Shown piece by piece: positions 48,402 through 59,181 of a stretch of 64,000 nucleotides of DNA. Made by a program: the position numbers and the translations under genes. How positions within the stretch are numbered: position 1 is the stretch's first letter; every line of letters begins with the position of its first letter. Source of the DNA: a virus; IMG/VR virus record IMGVR_UViG_3300037322_000275, positions 29,082-93,081 of that record; one strand, given 5' to 3'. The notes beneath the pieces were generated by a model that did not search any database, was not told the origin of the DNA, and was given only the letters and a program-made list of their open reading frames with translations.

Positions 48402-49911
48402 TATGGAAGAAATATATTTTAATAAAGAAGGTAGAGATAAACTAATAGAAGGTGTTAATAAACTCAATCGAGCAGTGTCTTCTACTATGGGTCCAAATGG
48501 CAAAAATGTCATTATACCTGATAGAAAAACAGGAGAATATAGAGTTACTAAAGATGGGGTATCTGTAGCTAGAGAAATTTTTTTTAAAGATTCATTAGAA
48601 AACATTGGTGCACAATTAGCTAAACAAGCAGCTGAAAAAACTGTAGAAGATGCAGGTGATGGAACAACTACAGCTACTGTATTAACTACTGCTTTTGTTA
48701 ATAACCTTTGTTCTTTTGAATTTAAGGATATCAATACAGCTTTTAATGAAATAATACCTAAAGTTATAGAACAACTAAAACTAAACTCAAGAAAGCTAGA
48801 ACACAAAGATATTACACACGTAGCAAGTATTTCAGCCAATAATGATTTACAAATTGGAGAATTTATACAGAATGCTTTTAATCATTCAGATATTGTAAAG
48901 ATAGAAGAGAGTTCTAATACAGAAGATGTATTAGATACACTACCTGGAATATTACTTCCTGTGAGTTACTTTTCTAAACATTTTATTAACAACCCTTCTA
49001 AAGGAAGTTGTGAACTTACAAATGTCAATACATTAATTATAGATGGAAAGTTAGAGAAATTAGAAAACTTTAGATCAATACTAGAACTGACACAACAACC
49101 CAATAATTCACTATTAATTATTGTAGAAGATATACACGAACAAGCATTGAGAAAACTTGAAACTTTTGTTTTATCTCAACAATTACCAATATGTGTTATT
49201 AAATCACCAGGTTTTTCTAGACATCGTAAAGATTTACTAGAAGACCTTTCAATCTTTACAGGTAGTACATTGATTACAGATTTAACCAAAAGCTATAACA
49301 CAAACATTCTTGGTAAACTACAATCTTGTAAGATATCTAAAAACAGTAGTATCTTAGTTAAAAAAGAAGATATTGATGTATCTGAAAAATTAAATGTTTT
49401 AAAAACATTATTTAAAGATAAAGACCTTACTAGTTATGATAAAGATTTAATTAAACAAAGAATTGAATATTTAAAAGGTAAAGTGTCAATTATTAAAGTT
49501 GGTGGTAAAACAGAAACTGAAATGAAAGAAAGATATGACCGTTACGATGATGCAGTTAAAGCAGTAGCTTGTGCATTAGAGGAAGGTATTGTAGAAGGTG
49601 GTGGTATTGCTTTATTTAAAGTTCAATCTAAATGGTTAAACAATGAAAACAAAACAAATACGTCAAATTCAAATGAAGACATAAATAAATGTGTTTACAG
49701 ATGTTTACTTGAACCTGCTATTAAAATCTTAGAAAACAAAGTCAATACTACATATTCACTTACTTTTGATTTAGGAATAAGTATGTTTAAAGAAAATATC
49801 ATAGACCCACTTAAAGTTACAAGATGTGCATTATTGAATGCAGTAGCTGTAGCTAAAACAATCTTAAGCACAGAAGCAATTGTGTTAAACCAAAACGAAT
49901 GGATGAAATAG
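48394..49911 (+). CDS. groL: Chaperonin GroEL-like protein
   Basis: TMGPNG, TKDGVSVA, GDGTTTA, KSPGF, RYDDAV, EEGIVEGGG, IIDPLKV. Confidence 0.93.
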   Translation: MINMEEIYFNKEGRDKLIEGVNKLNRAVSSTMGPNGKNVIIPDRKTGEYRVTKDGVSVAREIFFKDSLENIGAQLAKQAAEKTVEDAGDGTTTATVLTTAFVNNLCSFEFKDINTAFNEIIPKVIEQLKLNSRKLEHKDITHVASISANNDLQIGEFIQNAFNHSDIVKIEESSNTEDVLDTLPGILLPVSYFSKHFINNPSKGSCELTNVNTLIIDGKLEKLENFRSILELTQQPNNSLLIIVEDIHEQALRKLETFVLSQQLPICVIKSPGFSRHRKDLLEDLSIFTGSTLITDLTKSYNTNILGKLQSCKISKNSSILVKKEDIDVSEKLNVLKTLFKDKDLTSYDKDLIKQRIEYLKGKVSIIKVGGKTETEMKERYDRYDDAVKAVACALEEGIVEGGGIALFKVQSKWLNNENKTNTSNSNEDINKCVYRCLLEPAIKILENKVNTTYSLTFDLGISMFKENIIDPLKVTRCALLNAVAVAKTILSTEAIVLNQNEWMK

Positions 49912-52163
49912 AAAACTTATATAAAATGAATTCTTATCAGACACCTTTAACTGAGGAGCTGAAAAAGAATCTACATCGAGAAGTTTGGTCTGAATTAGTA
50001 GACATGATTAATTCTATTACTTTTGTTAAAAATTTAATAGCTGTTGAAAATGTTCGAAGTTATGCCAAAGATCAAGTTAAATCTGTAGATTATAATGATG
50101 GTAGGATTGAAGTTAATTTAACAAATCCTCACATACTTAATGATATGGATTTTTTTAGAGAAAGAGCTCTTTTCTTTGAGAAACATAAAAAATACACACA
50201 CCTTACACCTAATCCAAATCCTAAATCAGATTATGGTTTATTTTGGAAAGAAGAACTTCGTAAATGGAAATATGGTTTAGTTAGACCTAGTGATGGCGAA
50301 TGGATTCCTGGAGAATTATATTTCTATTGGAACTATTCACCAATATGGTTAGTAGAAGAAGCAGGTACACAATCTGATGGAGCAAAATCTCAAGGAGAAC
50401 GTTTATACAAATTTGCAAAACCTTGGTTAGGTGACTATTTGTTTCACCATTATGTAGAACAAGCTAAACGTAGAGGTAAACATGGTAAAATGCTTAAATG
50501 TAGAGGTGTTGGTGCAAGTTTTAAAGCTGCATCGTGGAGTCCTCGTAATATGTATATATATCCAGGATCAGGTAATCCTAACTTTCACCTAGCATCAGAT
50601 AAAGGTTTCTTGTCTGGAGATAAAGGAATCTGGGGTAAAATTGTAGATTGTTTAGATTGGATTGCTGAAAACACACCTCTTCCTAGAATGAGAACTGTAG
50701 ATAGAGCAGGTAGTACATTAGAAATACAATTAGGATTTAAGGATGAATATGGTACTCGTTTAGGTTTATTATCTTCAGTACATGGTATATCATTGAAAGA
50801 TAATCCCGATAAAGCAAGGGGTATTCGTGGACCACTAATACATTATGAAGAAGACGGTCTTTTCAACAACTTAGAAAAAGCATGGAATGTAAATAGAAAA
50901 GCTGTTGAAGATGGTAATACAACATTTGGTTTTATGATTGCCATGGGAACAGGTGGTGTTGAAGGTGGTTCATTTGAAGGTTCAGAAAAATTGTTTTACA
51001 GTCCTGGAGCATATAATGTATATGGTATACCTAATGTTTTTGACAAAAATGCAAATGGTGAACAGTTATGTGGTTTCTTTTGGGGAGCATATATGAATCG
51101 TAAGAATTGCTATGATGAAAAAGTTGGTGAACCTGACATTATTAAAGCACTGATAGAAATTCTAAACGATAGACATCTTGTTAAATATAGTTCAATAGAT
51201 CCTTCTACAATTACTCAAAAGAAAGCAGAAGAATGTGTTACACCTCAAGATGCAGTTATGCGTACAGAAGGAACAGTGTTTCCTGTATCAGATTTAAAAG
51301 ATTATCTTGAAACAATAATGGTTAGAAAAGAATCTTTTTTAGCAGAACATTTTGTTAGTGAACTTGTAAGAACTGGTGAAGGTAAAGTAGAATGGAGATT
51401 AGCTAAAGATAGATTTCCATTACGTAGTTACGATAAAGATGAAGCAAACAGACAAGGTTGTTTAGAAATTTTTGAAATGCCTAAAACAAATGCAAACGGT
51501 GAAATTCCTTATGGTAGATATATATTTGGAATTGACCCTATTGATGCAGATACAGGACCTTCTTTATTTAGTATTATTGGTCTAGACACCTTTACAGACA
51601 GAATTATTTGTGAATATACAGGTAGACCAAAGTTAGCAGAAGAAGCGTATGAGATTGCATTAAGAACAATTGAGTTTTATAATGGTCAAGCAAACTATGA
51701 AAAAAACTTAAAAGGTCTATTTAGTTATTTTGACAAAAAAAACGCATTACACCGACTATGTGATACACCACAAATATTAAAAGACATGCAATTAGCAAAA
51801 GGTGGTGGTTATGGTAATAATTCAAAAGGTACTACCGCAAATAAAGAAGTAAACAAATGGGGTAGAAAATTACATGCTGATTGGATGAACACTCCTGTTT
51901 TAGGTGATGACACTGGAAAACTACGTTTGCACACAATACGAGGTCTTGCACATATTGACGAATGTATTAGGTGGAATTCAGATGGTAACTTTGATAGAGT
52001 GTCTGCCGCGGGAATGTTATTTATATTGAGAGAAGATGTTTATAGAATTACAAAATCTGCTATAGATAATCAAAACACGGCTTCTACAAACTTGAGTAAT
52101 GATACTTTCTTTAACAAGAACTACAACTCTAAAAAAGCTATTAAAAATCAACACATATTGTAA
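49899..52163 (+). CDS. terL: Terminase large subunit
   Basis: KCRGVGASF (Walker A-like), IHYEEDG (Walker B), GTGG, GIDPID and NFDRVSA RNase H-fold nuclease motifs. Confidence 0.9.
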   Translation: MDEIENLYKMNSYQTPLTEELKKNLHREVWSELVDMINSITFVKNLIAVENVRSYAKDQVKSVDYNDGRIEVNLTNPHILNDMDFFRERALFFEKHKKYTHLTPNPNPKSDYGLFWKEELRKWKYGLVRPSDGEWIPGELYFYWNYSPIWLVEEAGTQSDGAKSQGERLYKFAKPWLGDYLFHHYVEQAKRRGKHGKMLKCRGVGASFKAASWSPRNMYIYPGSGNPNFHLASDKGFLSGDKGIWGKIVDCLDWIAENTPLPRMRTVDRAGSTLEIQLGFKDEYGTRLGLLSSVHGISLKDNPDKARGIRGPLIHYEEDGLFNNLEKAWNVNRKAVEDGNTTFGFMIAMGTGGVEGGSFEGSEKLFYSPGAYNVYGIPNVFDKNANGEQLCGFFWGAYMNRKNCYDEKVGEPDIIKALIEILNDRHLVKYSSIDPSTITQKKAEECVTPQDAVMRTEGTVFPVSDLKDYLETIMVRKESFLAEHFVSELVRTGEGKVEWRLAKDRFPLRSYDKDEANRQGCLEIFEMPKTNANGEIPYGRYIFGIDPIDADTGPSLFSIIGLDTFTDRIICEYTGRPKLAEEAYEIALRTIEFYNGQANYEKNLKGLFSYFDKKNALHRLCDTPQILKDMQLAKGGGYGNNSKGTTANKEVNKWGRKLHADWMNTPVLGDDTGKLRLHTIRGLAHIDECIRWNSDGNFDRVSAAGMLFILREDVYRITKSAIDNQNTASTNLSNDTFFNKNYNSKKAIKNQHIL

Positions 52164-52210
52164 GATAAAAGAAAAATCACTTTGATTATTACTTTTTATT
52201 TTGTATATTG
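52133..52210 (+). promoter_or_regulatory. Portal promoter with upstream AAAAGCTATTAA box
   Basis: Box at 52133; CTTTGA(52180)-N18-TATATTG(52204). Confidence 0.7.
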
Positions 52211-52233
52211 CAAAGTTAATAAAAAAAAACTAG

Positions 52234-54648
52234 ATGAACACGAAAATAAACACAATACCATTACCTCGTCAAAGACTTCCCTATTCTCAAAAAAATAAAG
52301 AATGGCGAAAAGATAATGTTGATTATTCTGATACACATTCGTATTACCATAATGAAGGAGTTCGTAAAGACTTAAAAAATAAAATCATAAATTTAAACCT
52401 ATATAACGGTATCTTAGATCAAGAAGATTTGTTAAAAGTAACAAACCCAAATCATTTAGATGCTTCATATGTTTATGATGAAATACCACACAATCCTATA
52501 ATTGTTCCTAAAATTGATTTATTAGTTGGTGAAGAAATTAAAAGAAGATTTGATTACTCAGTAATTGTAACTAATTCTGATGCAATTTCTTCAAAAGAAG
52601 AAGACAAAAAAAGAATACTCTTTGAAAAATTAACTTCAATAATTCAATCAAATTCAGATGAAGAACAAATAAAGTTAAAGATGTCAGAACTTGACAAGTA
52701 CATGAAATACACTTGGCAAGATCTTCGAGAGAAAATGGCTAATCAAATTTTAAAACATTATTATCAAGAACTTAATTTTGCAGAAAAATTTAATAAAGGA
52801 TTTAAAGATGCTTTAATTATGGCTGAAGAGATATATCTTTTAGATATAGATCACGGAGAACCTACAATGGAAAAACTAAATCCATTAAAAGTTAGAGCTG
52901 TAAGAAATGGTAATTCAGACAAAATTGAAGACTCTTCTTTAATTATTATTGAAGATCACAAGTCACCAAACTACCTTATAGATAAATACTATGATGAGTT
53001 AAAACCTGAAGAAATTGATTATCTTACAGAATACACAACAAGTGGAAAAAGTAATTATTCAGATGACCATAATAATCACACATTACTAAGAGATGGTCAA
53101 GAAGGACTCTTTGCTAGAAAAGATACATACAATACTTTATTTGGTATTGCAGAACTAAATGGTCATACTTTTAATTCAAACTATACAGACGATCAAGGTA
53201 ACATAAGAGAATTTATTGTTAGATGGAAATCATTACGTAAAGTTAAGAAAATTCAGTACTATGATGAATATGGTGAAACACAGTTTAGATTTGAATCTGA
53301 AGAATACAAAACAAACAAGACCTTAGGTGAAGAAGAAACTGCTTTTTGGATTAATGAATCCTGGGAAGGAGTTAAGTTAGGTAAAGATATTTATCTTAAA
53401 ATGAGACCTAGACAAGTTCAATACGTAAAAGCAAACAATCCTTCAAAAGGACATTTGGGAATAATTGGTCAAATATATAACACAAACCAAGGAAAAGCTG
53501 TATCTCTGGTAGATAGAACTAAAAATTTCCAGTACATGTATGATGCAATGTTTGACAGATTAAACAAAGCAATTGCTACAAATTATGGTAAAATATTAAA
53601 ACTAGATTTAGCAATGGTTCCTGCAAACTGGGAAATTGAAAAATGGATGCATTTTGCTGTAGTAAATAAGATTGCAGTAGTAGATTCATTTAAAGAAGGA
53701 CAACACGGAGCAGCAACAGGTAAATTATCTGGAAATCTTCAGAATCAAGGAGGTTCTGTAATGGACATGGAAACAGGTGCATATATACAACAACATATTC
53801 AGTTACTTGAGTTCATTAAAATAGAACTTGGTGAAATTGCAGGAGTTTCAAGACAACGTGAAGGTCAAGTTGCAAATAGAGAAACCGTTGGTGGTGTAGA
53901 ACGTTCTGTAAATCAAAGTTCACACATTACTGAATATTGGTTTATGTTACATGAATCATGTAAGATAAGAGTGTTAGAAGCTTTTCTTGAAACAGCTAAA
54001 GTTGCATTAAGAGATACTGAAAACAAAAAAGTTCAATATATATTAGATGATCAAACAATTGAGATTCTTAATATGGAAGGTGAAACGTTTTCAGAATCTG
54101 ATTATGGAATTCTTGTTACAAACACACCTAAAACAATGGAACTTGAAAATGCAATAAAACAATATGCACAAGCATTTATGCAGAATGGTGGATCAATGTC
54201 AACTATTATGGATATTTACTTTAGTCCTTCACTGATGGATATGCGACGTAAATTAGAAAATGCTGAAGAAGAAATTTCTAAAAGAAATGCGCAACAAGGT
54301 GAAGCACAAAACAAAATTGCAAAAGAAACACTTGATTATACAAAAGAACTAGAAAAGCAAAAACTAGAATTAGAAGATACCAAAAATCAGAGAGATAATG
54401 ATACTCGAAGATATGTTGCAGATATGAATGACAATTTTAGAAATTCAGGATCTCAAGATAATAACGATGATGGTGTAAATGATTATTTAGATATAAATAA
54501 ATTTAATTTAGATGTTGAAACAAAAAAGAATGAATATCTAGTTAAAATTAAAGCACTAGACAACGACATGAAAAAACATAAAGATGAAATGGAATCTAGA
54601 AAAGTAGATCAGTCAATTGCAAAGATCAATAAAAAGAAAACTACGTAA
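52234..54648 (+). CDS. Portal protein
   Basis: 804 aa after TerL; LPRQRL, IVPKIDLLVGEE, AGVSRQREG as in crAss portals. Confidence 0.85.
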   Translation: MNTKINTIPLPRQRLPYSQKNKEWRKDNVDYSDTHSYYHNEGVRKDLKNKIINLNLYNGILDQEDLLKVTNPNHLDASYVYDEIPHNPIIVPKIDLLVGEEIKRRFDYSVIVTNSDAISSKEEDKKRILFEKLTSIIQSNSDEEQIKLKMSELDKYMKYTWQDLREKMANQILKHYYQELNFAEKFNKGFKDALIMAEEIYLLDIDHGEPTMEKLNPLKVRAVRNGNSDKIEDSSLIIIEDHKSPNYLIDKYYDELKPEEIDYLTEYTTSGKSNYSDDHNNHTLLRDGQEGLFARKDTYNTLFGIAELNGHTFNSNYTDDQGNIREFIVRWKSLRKVKKIQYYDEYGETQFRFESEEYKTNKTLGEEETAFWINESWEGVKLGKDIYLKMRPRQVQYVKANNPSKGHLGIIGQIYNTNQGKAVSLVDRTKNFQYMYDAMFDRLNKAIATNYGKILKLDLAMVPANWEIEKWMHFAVVNKIAVVDSFKEGQHGAATGKLSGNLQNQGGSVMDMETGAYIQQHIQLLEFIKIELGEIAGVSRQREGQVANRETVGGVERSVNQSSHITEYWFMLHESCKIRVLEAFLETAKVALRDTENKKVQYILDDQTIEILNMEGETFSESDYGILVTNTPKTMELENAIKQYAQAFMQNGGSMSTIMDIYFSPSLMDMRRKLENAEEEISKRNAQQGEAQNKIAKETLDYTKELEKQKLELEDTKNQRDNDTRRYVADMNDNFRNSGSQDNNDDGVNDYLDINKFNLDVETKKNEYLVKIKALDNDMKKHKDEMESRKVDQSIAKINKKKTT

Positions 54649-54725
54649 AAGCTATTAAAGACCTTTCAAATATTAAAAATATATTAATTAATATTTGGAA
54701 TTTCTTTATTTTTACGTTATATTTG
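54647..54725 (+). promoter_or_regulatory. Capsid-operon promoter with upstream AAAAGCTATTAA box
   Basis: Box at 54647; TTTGGA(54694)-N18-TATATTTG(54718). Confidence 0.75.
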
Positions 54726-54756
54726 TAAACTTGAAGAACCACATAACAAAATTAAA

Positions 54757-55827
54757 ATGGAAGATGATAATTTAACAATGGGTATTTTTGAAAAAGGTAT
54801 GGAATTAAATCTAAATACTTTTGAAAATTTTGACGATACCACAGATGATGATGAATTAATTACAGATGAGCCTGTAATAGAAAAAGATAACCAAGTCGAG
54901 GACGATAGTTCAGAGGAAGTAGACAAGGAAGATGTTGAAAATGAGGGTGATGATGAAGGTGGTGAATCTTCTTCCAACTTATATTCTTCTTTAGCCACTG
55001 TTGTTTACGAACAAGGTCTATTGCCCTCATTGAACATTGCAGAAACACCAATTAAATCTGTTGAAGACTTGGTAAATGCATTTAAAAAAGAACAAGAGTC
55101 ACAAGCACTAAAGCTTAATGAAGATTTTATTAACAATATTGATGTTAACAAGATTGCAGAAAGTAAAAGAGCTATACAGGACTTAAGTAATATAACTGAA
55201 GATTCACTACGTGATGATTTACAGTTAGCAAAAAGTATAATTAAAAGAGATTTAGAAAATCAAGGTTTAGATGCAAATAAAACATCTAGAATGCTAAAAA
55301 GATTAATTGATTTAGGTGATGACGCTCTTATAGAAGATTCACTAGAAAGTCTTGAAAGTTTAAAAGAATTTGAAAATCGTCAGATTGATATTGAAAAAAC
55401 AAATTATACTAAAAGAATTGAACAAGAAAAAGTTGAACAACAAAATCTAGAAAATAGTTTAAGAGAAACAATATATGATTCTAAAGAATTAATTAAAGGT
55501 TTAAAGTTAACTAAATCAATTCAAGATAAAGTTTATAAAAATATAACAGAAGTAATTGGTAAATCTCCTGAAGGTGAGTTTGAAAACAAATTCATGAAAG
55601 ACAGAAGAGAAAATCCACTTGAATTTGAAACTCGCATGCATATGTTTTATGAGTTGACAAATGGATTTAAAGATTTTACTAAGTTATCACGTCCTGCAAC
55701 ATCAAACGCTGTAAGAGATTTAGAAAAGATTGCAAGACAACAAAAAACCATTGATAATGGAACTCCTTTCTATATGCAAGATTCTAACAGCTACGATAAC
55801 ACAAGTGGACATGTTTTAAACATGTAA
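54757..55827 (+). CDS. Putative capsid scaffolding protein
   Basis: Very acidic N-terminus, coiled coil, between portal and MCP. Confidence 0.65.
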   Translation: MEDDNLTMGIFEKGMELNLNTFENFDDTTDDDELITDEPVIEKDNQVEDDSSEEVDKEDVENEGDDEGGESSSNLYSSLATVVYEQGLLPSLNIAETPIKSVEDLVNAFKKEQESQALKLNEDFINNIDVNKIAESKRAIQDLSNITEDSLRDDLQLAKSIIKRDLENQGLDANKTSRMLKRLIDLGDDALIEDSLESLESLKEFENRQIDIEKTNYTKRIEQEKVEQQNLENSLRETIYDSKELIKGLKLTKSIQDKVYKNITEVIGKSPEGEFENKFMKDRRENPLEFETRMHMFYELTNGFKDFTKLSRPATSNAVRDLEKIARQQKTIDNGTPFYMQDSNSYDNTSGHVLNM

Positions 55828-55920
55828 TAATCATTTACTATTTAGTAAACAATTATAAAATGATTTTGTAGTTACAGAAATCATTTTTAACATAACCGTA
55901 ACAAACTAAAAATAATATAT

Positions 55921-57432
55921 ATGTCAATAGGAAAATGGGTCATGACTAAAGGTCAGGCTTGGAGTGGTATCACTCTAAAAAATCACATTTCGCAATTGTT
56001 TGGTCAATCACCTCAATTGATTTCACCATTAACAACTGTTTTATTACAAAATTCTGGAATGAAAAATTTAGATACAACTCTATCTTTGTTTCCTGAAAAA
56101 GTACTTAACACTGCAGATGATTTTGTATGGAAAGTAGTTGGTAGTGACGAACGAAATATTCCTCTTGTTGAAGCTAGATATAATGGAGCTGTTGTAGATG
56201 TTAACACTGTAGGTGTTGGTGAAGCTAGAGCAACATTTGAATTAGTATTCGCTGAGAAATGGTTTACAAAAATGCACTTGATTGCAGGTCACAGACCAGA
56301 TGTTTACCAAATGAGAATTTTAGAAGACCCTTATGAAGATGGTCAAAATTATGTTTACACATGTGAAGTATTTGGTGGTCAAGAATCTTTAGCTGGTATT
56401 CCAGGTGATGAATTTTTACCAGGAAACAAATTCTCTATTGAAGGTGCTCCTGTTGAAGACGAATTGTCTATTCAAGGTGCAGGTATGGGATTCACTTCTC
56501 CATACTTAATGAGAAACTCTCTTACTTCAATCCGTATGGAACATAAAGTTTCTGGAGCAATGATTGACTGTAAAATTCAACCTGTATATTTTGCAGGAAT
56601 TGAAACAAGAGATCCTAACACTGGAAAAGTTCATAGTTCTACAACTTGGATGCAAGAAGTTTACTGGCAGTTTGAAAAGCAGTTATCTAGAATTAAATCT
56701 AGAACTATCATGTTTGGTAAAACAAACCGTGATGAAAATGGTCGTTTCTTAAATAAAGGTAATGCAAATGTTGAAATTAAAGCTGGTTCTGGAATCAGAG
56801 AACAAATGGAGGTTTCTAACACAACTACTTATAACCGATTTTCTATTCGTTTATTAGAAGATTTATTATCTGAATTATCAGAAGGTAAATTAGATTTTGA
56901 CCAAAGAAAATTCATGTTACGTACAGGTGAAAGAGGTGCTGCACAATTCCACAGAGCTGTAGCTGAAGTTGCTTCAGGATGGGCTGCGTTAGGATTTGAT
57001 AACACAAATCAGAATTCACTAAAGCAAGTACAATCTAAATTTCACGATAATGCATTTTCTGCAGGATTTCAGTTTACTGAATATAGAGCACCTAACAACA
57101 TTCACGTAATGTTAGAAGTAGATCCAATGTATGATGATAAAGTAAGAAACAAAGTATTACACCCAGACGGTGGTGTAGCTGAGTCTTACCGATATGACAT
57201 CCTTTACATTGGTTCAATGGAAGAGCCTAATATCCAGAAAGTAAAAGTTAAAGGTTCTGATGAATTACGTGGTTACCAAGCAGGTATTCGTAATCCTTTT
57301 ACAGGACGTAGAGGTGGTGAAATGCAAACAATGGAAGATTCTGCAACTATGACTGCACTTGTTGAAGGTGTTGGTTCATTAGTAAAAGATCCTTCTAGAA
57401 CTGCAACATTGAAACCAGCAATCATAGATTAA
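55921..57432 (+). CDS. Major capsid protein
   Basis: 503 aa; conserved crAss gene order; GSGIREQ and TGERGAAQFH motifs; followed by a strong terminator. Confidence 0.88.
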   Translation: MSIGKWVMTKGQAWSGITLKNHISQLFGQSPQLISPLTTVLLQNSGMKNLDTTLSLFPEKVLNTADDFVWKVVGSDERNIPLVEARYNGAVVDVNTVGVGEARATFELVFAEKWFTKMHLIAGHRPDVYQMRILEDPYEDGQNYVYTCEVFGGQESLAGIPGDEFLPGNKFSIEGAPVEDELSIQGAGMGFTSPYLMRNSLTSIRMEHKVSGAMIDCKIQPVYFAGIETRDPNTGKVHSSTTWMQEVYWQFEKQLSRIKSRTIMFGKTNRDENGRFLNKGNANVEIKAGSGIREQMEVSNTTTYNRFSIRLLEDLLSELSEGKLDFDQRKFMLRTGERGAAQFHRAVAEVASGWAALGFDNTNQNSLKQVQSKFHDNAFSAGFQFTEYRAPNNIHVMLEVDPMYDDKVRNKVLHPDGGVAESYRYDILYIGSMEEPNIQKVKVKGSDELRGYQAGIRNPFTGRRGGEMQTMEDSATMTALVEGVGSLVKDPSRTATLKPAIID

Positions 57433-57453
57433 GCTTAAAATTAATAATAACAT

Positions 57454-57484
57454 AAGAGGGAATTAAACACTCCCTCTTTTTTTT
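57454..57484 (+). terminator. Intrinsic terminator after MCP
   Basis: AAGAGGGA...TCCCTCTT + T-run. Confidence 0.85.
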
Positions 57485-57520
57485 AAAATCTTTCGGAAGA
57501 AGAAATAAAACTAAAGAAGA

Positions 57521-58381
57521 ATGGAAAAATCAAAAAGTACTTTTACACTACCTGATGAAGTAGTTATAGTAAAATTTATATCAAGACGTAGAGGAATGGC
57601 AGCTAATGTTGATTCTAATCACGTAATTTCAGGAGGAATGTTGTCTAATTCTGTAAAGAAATTTTCAGCACCATTACAACGAAATGGTTCAATTAAAAAT
57701 GTTTTAACAAAAGAAGAAAAAGAACATCTTGAAGAGTTGACAAGTTTAGATCTTTCTATATATAATACAAATTTCTGGAGAGACTTCAGAGTTACATTAC
57801 ATAAAGAAGATGCAAGTAATCGTTTTAACTTAAATAATGCAATAGATTATATCTCAGTTAAAATATTAGAAAGCTATTCTAAAGAAGATATTGCACTTAG
57901 TTGGGCAGATAGAAATAAAAATCAAACATATCAGTTTGCAATTACTCGTGAACATGAAGAAATGATGGAATCTAAAGGAAAATATGATTCTAAAAAAGAA
58001 GCATTTAAATTGTACGGTAAAATTGAAGATGACAAACAAAAATTAATAGGTATTCTTAAATTACTTACTAATAAACCAATATCTAAAGATTCTAAGTTAG
58101 AATGGATACAAAATAAAGTTGAAGAATATATCGATAACACACCTGCACAATTTGTTAATGTTGTTAACGATAAATCTTTTTATACTAAAATGTTAATTAA
58201 CGACGGTATTGACAAAGGTGTTATTATAAAAAATAGCAACAAGTATTCAACAGCTGATGGTTTAGAATTATGTAAAGTAGGAGAAATTGCAACATTTGAT
58301 AATGCCATTACTTTTTTAAATGATGTTAAGAATCAAGAAATTTTTACTTTAATAGAAGCTAAAATTAACAAAATTAAATAA
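57521..58381 (+). CDS. Conserved crAss-like protein downstream of MCP
   Basis: 286 aa; called from synteny. Confidence 0.6.
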   Translation: MEKSKSTFTLPDEVVIVKFISRRRGMAANVDSNHVISGGMLSNSVKKFSAPLQRNGSIKNVLTKEEKEHLEELTSLDLSIYNTNFWRDFRVTLHKEDASNRFNLNNAIDYISVKILESYSKEDIALSWADRNKNQTYQFAITREHEEMMESKGKYDSKKEAFKLYGKIEDDKQKLIGILKLLTNKPISKDSKLEWIQNKVEEYIDNTPAQFVNVVNDKSFYTKMLINDGIDKGVIIKNSNKYSTADGLELCKVGEIATFDNAITFLNDVKNQEIFTLIEAKINKIK

Positions 58382-58383
58382 AT

Positions 58384-59121
58384 ATGACTACTCAGGAATT
58401 TAATAATAAATTTGATATTTACTATAATAATATTGCAGGGCAATCTAATCCTAGTTTAGATGTATATGAAAAATCAGTATATTTAACTAAAGCACAATTA
58501 GAAATAGTTAAAAATTATTATGACCCTGATAGTAATAGAAAAAAAAGAGGATTTGAAGGATCTGAAAAAAGAAGAAATGATTTAAAACAACTAGTAAAAG
58601 ATTATAAAGTTTCAAGTTTTCAACAAAACAGTAATGGAATAAATACTATGTCAAGATTTTATGTAGTACCTTCTGAATTGTTTTTGATTGTAAATGAAAA
58701 ATTAAAAGTTATTTCTAATGATTGTGATAACAACAGAATTATAAACGTTACACCATTTACACATGATGAATACAATAGTCAAATAAATAATCCTTTTAAA
58801 AATCCAGATTCCAATAATGCATGGAGATTAAATATTTCCAACATTAATAATAACAAAGTTGTGGAAATACTTTCTGTATATTCTAGTGTAGAATATCAGT
58901 TAAGATATATCAAATATCCAAAACCAATTATTTTGGGAAATTTATCTGTAATTTATCCTTCAGAAAATTTAACAATTGACAATATTTCAACAACAACACA
59001 GTGTGAACTCGATGAATCAATACATGAAGAAATACTGGACAGAGCTGTCGAGTTAGCACTAAATGATTATCAACCTCAACAACTAGCATCTAAAATTCAA
59101 ATTGACGCTAGGAATGAATAA
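58384..59121 (+). CDS. Head-tail ring/adaptor protein
   Basis: EKSVYLTKAQ...LRYIKYPKPII...CELDESIHEEILDRAVELA; synteny. Confidence 0.65.
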   Translation: MTTQEFNNKFDIYYNNIAGQSNPSLDVYEKSVYLTKAQLEIVKNYYDPDSNRKKRGFEGSEKRRNDLKQLVKDYKVSSFQQNSNGINTMSRFYVVPSELFLIVNEKLKVISNDCDNNRIINVTPFTHDEYNSQINNPFKNPDSNNAWRLNISNINNNKVVEILSVYSSVEYQLRYIKYPKPIILGNLSVIYPSENLTIDNISTTTQCELDESIHEEILDRAVELALNDYQPQQLASKIQIDARNE

Positions 59122-59181
59122 AGAAAATTCAAGTATTTTGAATTAATTAAATTAAGTATTAATAAATAAACAAATCAAATT

